Below the pieces are notes generated by a model. The model had not been told where the DNA came from. It saw only the letters and a list, made by a program, of their open reading frames with translations, and made no database searches. DNA of 64,000 nt, taken from the NCBI GenBank assembly GCA_002269645.1, contig NIVC01000104.1, positions 496,001 through 560,000 on the forward strand. The letters run 5' to 3'. The stretch is from Macrostomum lignano. Taxonomy: Eukaryota. The position numbers were made by a program, and so were the translations under genes. The first letter of the stretch is position 1. The number at the start of each line of letters is the position of its first letter. Positions 61,912 through 64,000 of this stretch are shown in pieces.

Positions 61912-63130
61912 TGGTTGTCCAGAGTGGTGCCAGTTTAAGTGTCCGGAGTGGCGCCAGTTGGGGTGTCCGGAGTGGCGCCAGTTGGGGTGTCCGGAGTGGC
62001 GCCAGTTGGGGTGTCCAGAGTGGTGCCAGTTTAAGTGTCCGGAGTGGCGCCAGTTGGGGTGTCCGGAGTGGCGCCAGTTGGGGTGTCCGGAGTGGCGCCA
62101 GTTGGGGTGTCCGGAGTGGCGCCAGTTGGGGTGTCCGGAGTGGCGCCAGTTTGGGTGTCCGGAGTGGCGCCAGTTTGGGTGTCCAAAGTGGCGCCTGTTT
62201 GGGTGTCCGGAGTGGCGCCAGTTTGGGTGTCCGGAGTGGCGCTAGTTTGGGTGTCCGGAGTGGCGCCAGTTTGGGTGTCCGGAGTGGCGCCAGTTGGGGT
62301 GTCTGGAGTGGCGCCAGTTGGGGTGTCCGGAGTGGCGCCAGTTTGGGTGTCCGGAGTGGCGCCAGTTTGGGTGTCCGGAGTGGCGCTAGTTGGGGTGTCC
62401 GGAGTGGTGCCAGTTTGGGTGTCCGGAGTGGCGCCAGTTTGGGTGTCTGTATGGCGCTAGTTTGGATGTCCGGAGTGGCGCCAGTTGGGGTGTCCGGAGT
62501 GGCGCCAGTTGGGGTGTCTGGAGTGGCGCCAGTTGGGGTGTCCGGAGTGGGTGTCCGGAGTGGCGCCAGTTTGGGTGTCCGGAGTGGCGCTAGTTGGGGT
62601 GTCCGGAGTGGCGCCAGTTTGGGTGTCCGGAGTGGCGCCAGTTTGGGTGTCCGGAGTGGCGCCAGTTTGGGTGTCCGGAGTGGCGCCTGTTTGGGTGTCC
62701 GGAGTGGCGCCAGTTGGGGTGTCCGGAGTGGCACCAGTTTGGGTGTCCGGAGTAGCGCCTGTTTGGGTGTCCGGAGTGGCGCCTGTTTGGGTGTCCGGAG
62801 TGGCGCTAGTTGGGGTGTCCGGAGTGACGCCAGTTTGGGTGTCCGGAGTGGCGCCAGTTTGGGTGTCCGGAGTGGCGCCAGTTGGGGTGTCCGGAGTGGC
62901 GCCAGTTGGGGTGTCCGGAGTGGCGCCAGTTTGGGTGTCCGGAGTGGCGCCAGTTGGGGTGTCCGGAGTGGCGCCAGTTTGGGTGTCCGGAGTGGCGCCA
63001 GTTTGGGTGTCCGGAGTGGCGCCAGTTTGGGTGTCCAAAGTGGCGCCTGTTTGGGTGTCCGGAGTGGCGCCAGTTGGGGTGTCCGGATTGGCGCCAGTTG
63101 GGGTGTCCGTATGGCGCCAGTTGGGGTGTC
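61912..63130. repeat. Minisatellite, 24-bp unit GTGTCCGGAGTGGCGCCAGTTTGG
   Basis: Directly visible; ends about 30 bp before the Ig exon acceptor. Confidence 0.95.
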
Positions 63131-63161
63131 ACAAGATTGCTTTTCAATTGCATCTCCGCAG

Positions 63162-63313
63162 CAGCACCAGCCAGAATTCCCGGCGCCCACCAGTGCGGCC
63201 ACCCGGGCTACCGGCAGATCTGCTTTGAGGAAGGCGTCAAGTCCAAGCTGGTGTTCGCGGAGCTCGGGACCGCGGTGATTCGATGCGTTGTTAGAAATCT
63301 TGGCCGACACGTG
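63162..63313 (+). CDS. DPR/ZIG-8-like Ig protein, exon with the start of the first Ig domain
   Basis: Acceptor CTCCGCAG|CAG (phase 1, NAGNAG); APARIPGAHQCGHPGYRQICFEEGVKSKLVFAELGTAVIRCVVRNLGRHV resembles the DPR motif xLGxTAxLxCxVxNLGxxx|VSW; donor GTG|GTGAGT. The gene continues beyond the window. Confidence 0.72.
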
Positions 63314-63364
63314 GTGAGTAGGTCTGAGATAGATTTCGGATAGAGTAGAGATAGATTCTGGGTC

Positions 63365-63725
63365 TATGTGGGATACACATGGGATAGAGAATAGGATAGA
63401 CATGGGATAGAGAATGGAATAGACATGGGATAGAGAATGGGATAGACATGGGATAGAGAGTGGGATAGACATGGGATAGAGAATAGGATAAACATGGGAT
63501 AGAGAATAGGATAGACATGGGATAGAGAATGGGATAAACATAGGATAGACATGGGATAGAGAATGGGATGGACATAGGATAGACATGTGATAGACATGGG
63601 ATAAGACATGGGATAAAGAGTGGGATAAGAAATGGGATAGAGAGTGCGATTGACATGGGATAGAGAATATGGGATAGAGAATGGGATAGACATTGGATAG
63701 ACATAGGATAGAGAATGGGATAGAC
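63365..63725. repeat. Minisatellite, approximately 24-bp unit GATAGACATGGGATAGAGAATGG
   Basis: Directly visible. Confidence 0.9.
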
Positions 63726-64000
63726 GTCTAGCAGTCGAAATCAGCTTGGGAGAAGTGCAAGGAGAAAGGATGGGTCAAAGGTGGATAAGGCCAATCAGAC
63801 AGTGAAAGATTGAAATAAAAACTACAAGCCACCCCAGGCAAGAGCAGGGGTCCTCTCTCCAGACACCTTGTCAATCAATCAGATTGGTGCCCTCCCCTCC
63901 CCGAGACTTTGCAAATTTGATGCCTGATAGTCCAGCCGATTCGCGAAATAATTCGGGAAATTCCTGTTATCTCAAAGCCGCGATTGGACAAATTAGTAAC

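Overview
Eukaryotic (metazoan) genomic DNA with spliced genes in AT-rich spacers and roughly one third (rough hand count) made up of mini/microsatellite arrays, which produce most of the long ORFs in the supplied track. Gene style and repeat landscape suggest a free-living flatworm such as Macrostomum (inference, not verified). Supported genes, in order: (1) part of a UBASH3/STS-like gene on the minus strand (end of UBA, 2H phosphoesterase, SH3; the rest runs off the left edge); (2) an intronless SLC37A4/G6PT-like MFS transporter; (3) an intronless OARD1/TARG1 macrodomain protein; (4) a divergent PNPO-like flavoprotein (minus strand, 2 exons) whose intron holds a 5'-truncated but stop-free RTE-type LINE nested inside a foldback/MITE-like palindrome; (5) a >1100-aa low-complexity S/P/R/H-repeat ORF; (6) a 7-exon ELAV/Hu-family gene with RRM1, RRM2 and hinge but no RRM3; (7) the first two coding exons of a DPR/ZIG-8-like Ig protein with a perfect RFX X-box upstream. 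Also two copies of a tRNA-like SINE, two hAT-type MITEs with 8-bp TSDs and a long degenerate inverted repeat. The most striking signals are in the ELAV gene (a frame-preserving cassette exon enclosed by complementary intronic repeats, and a 16-nt microexon that switches the reading frame of the last exon) and the possibility that genes lacking an in-frame ATG take their start codon from a flatworm spliced leader. No rRNA, tRNA or CRISPR features were found.
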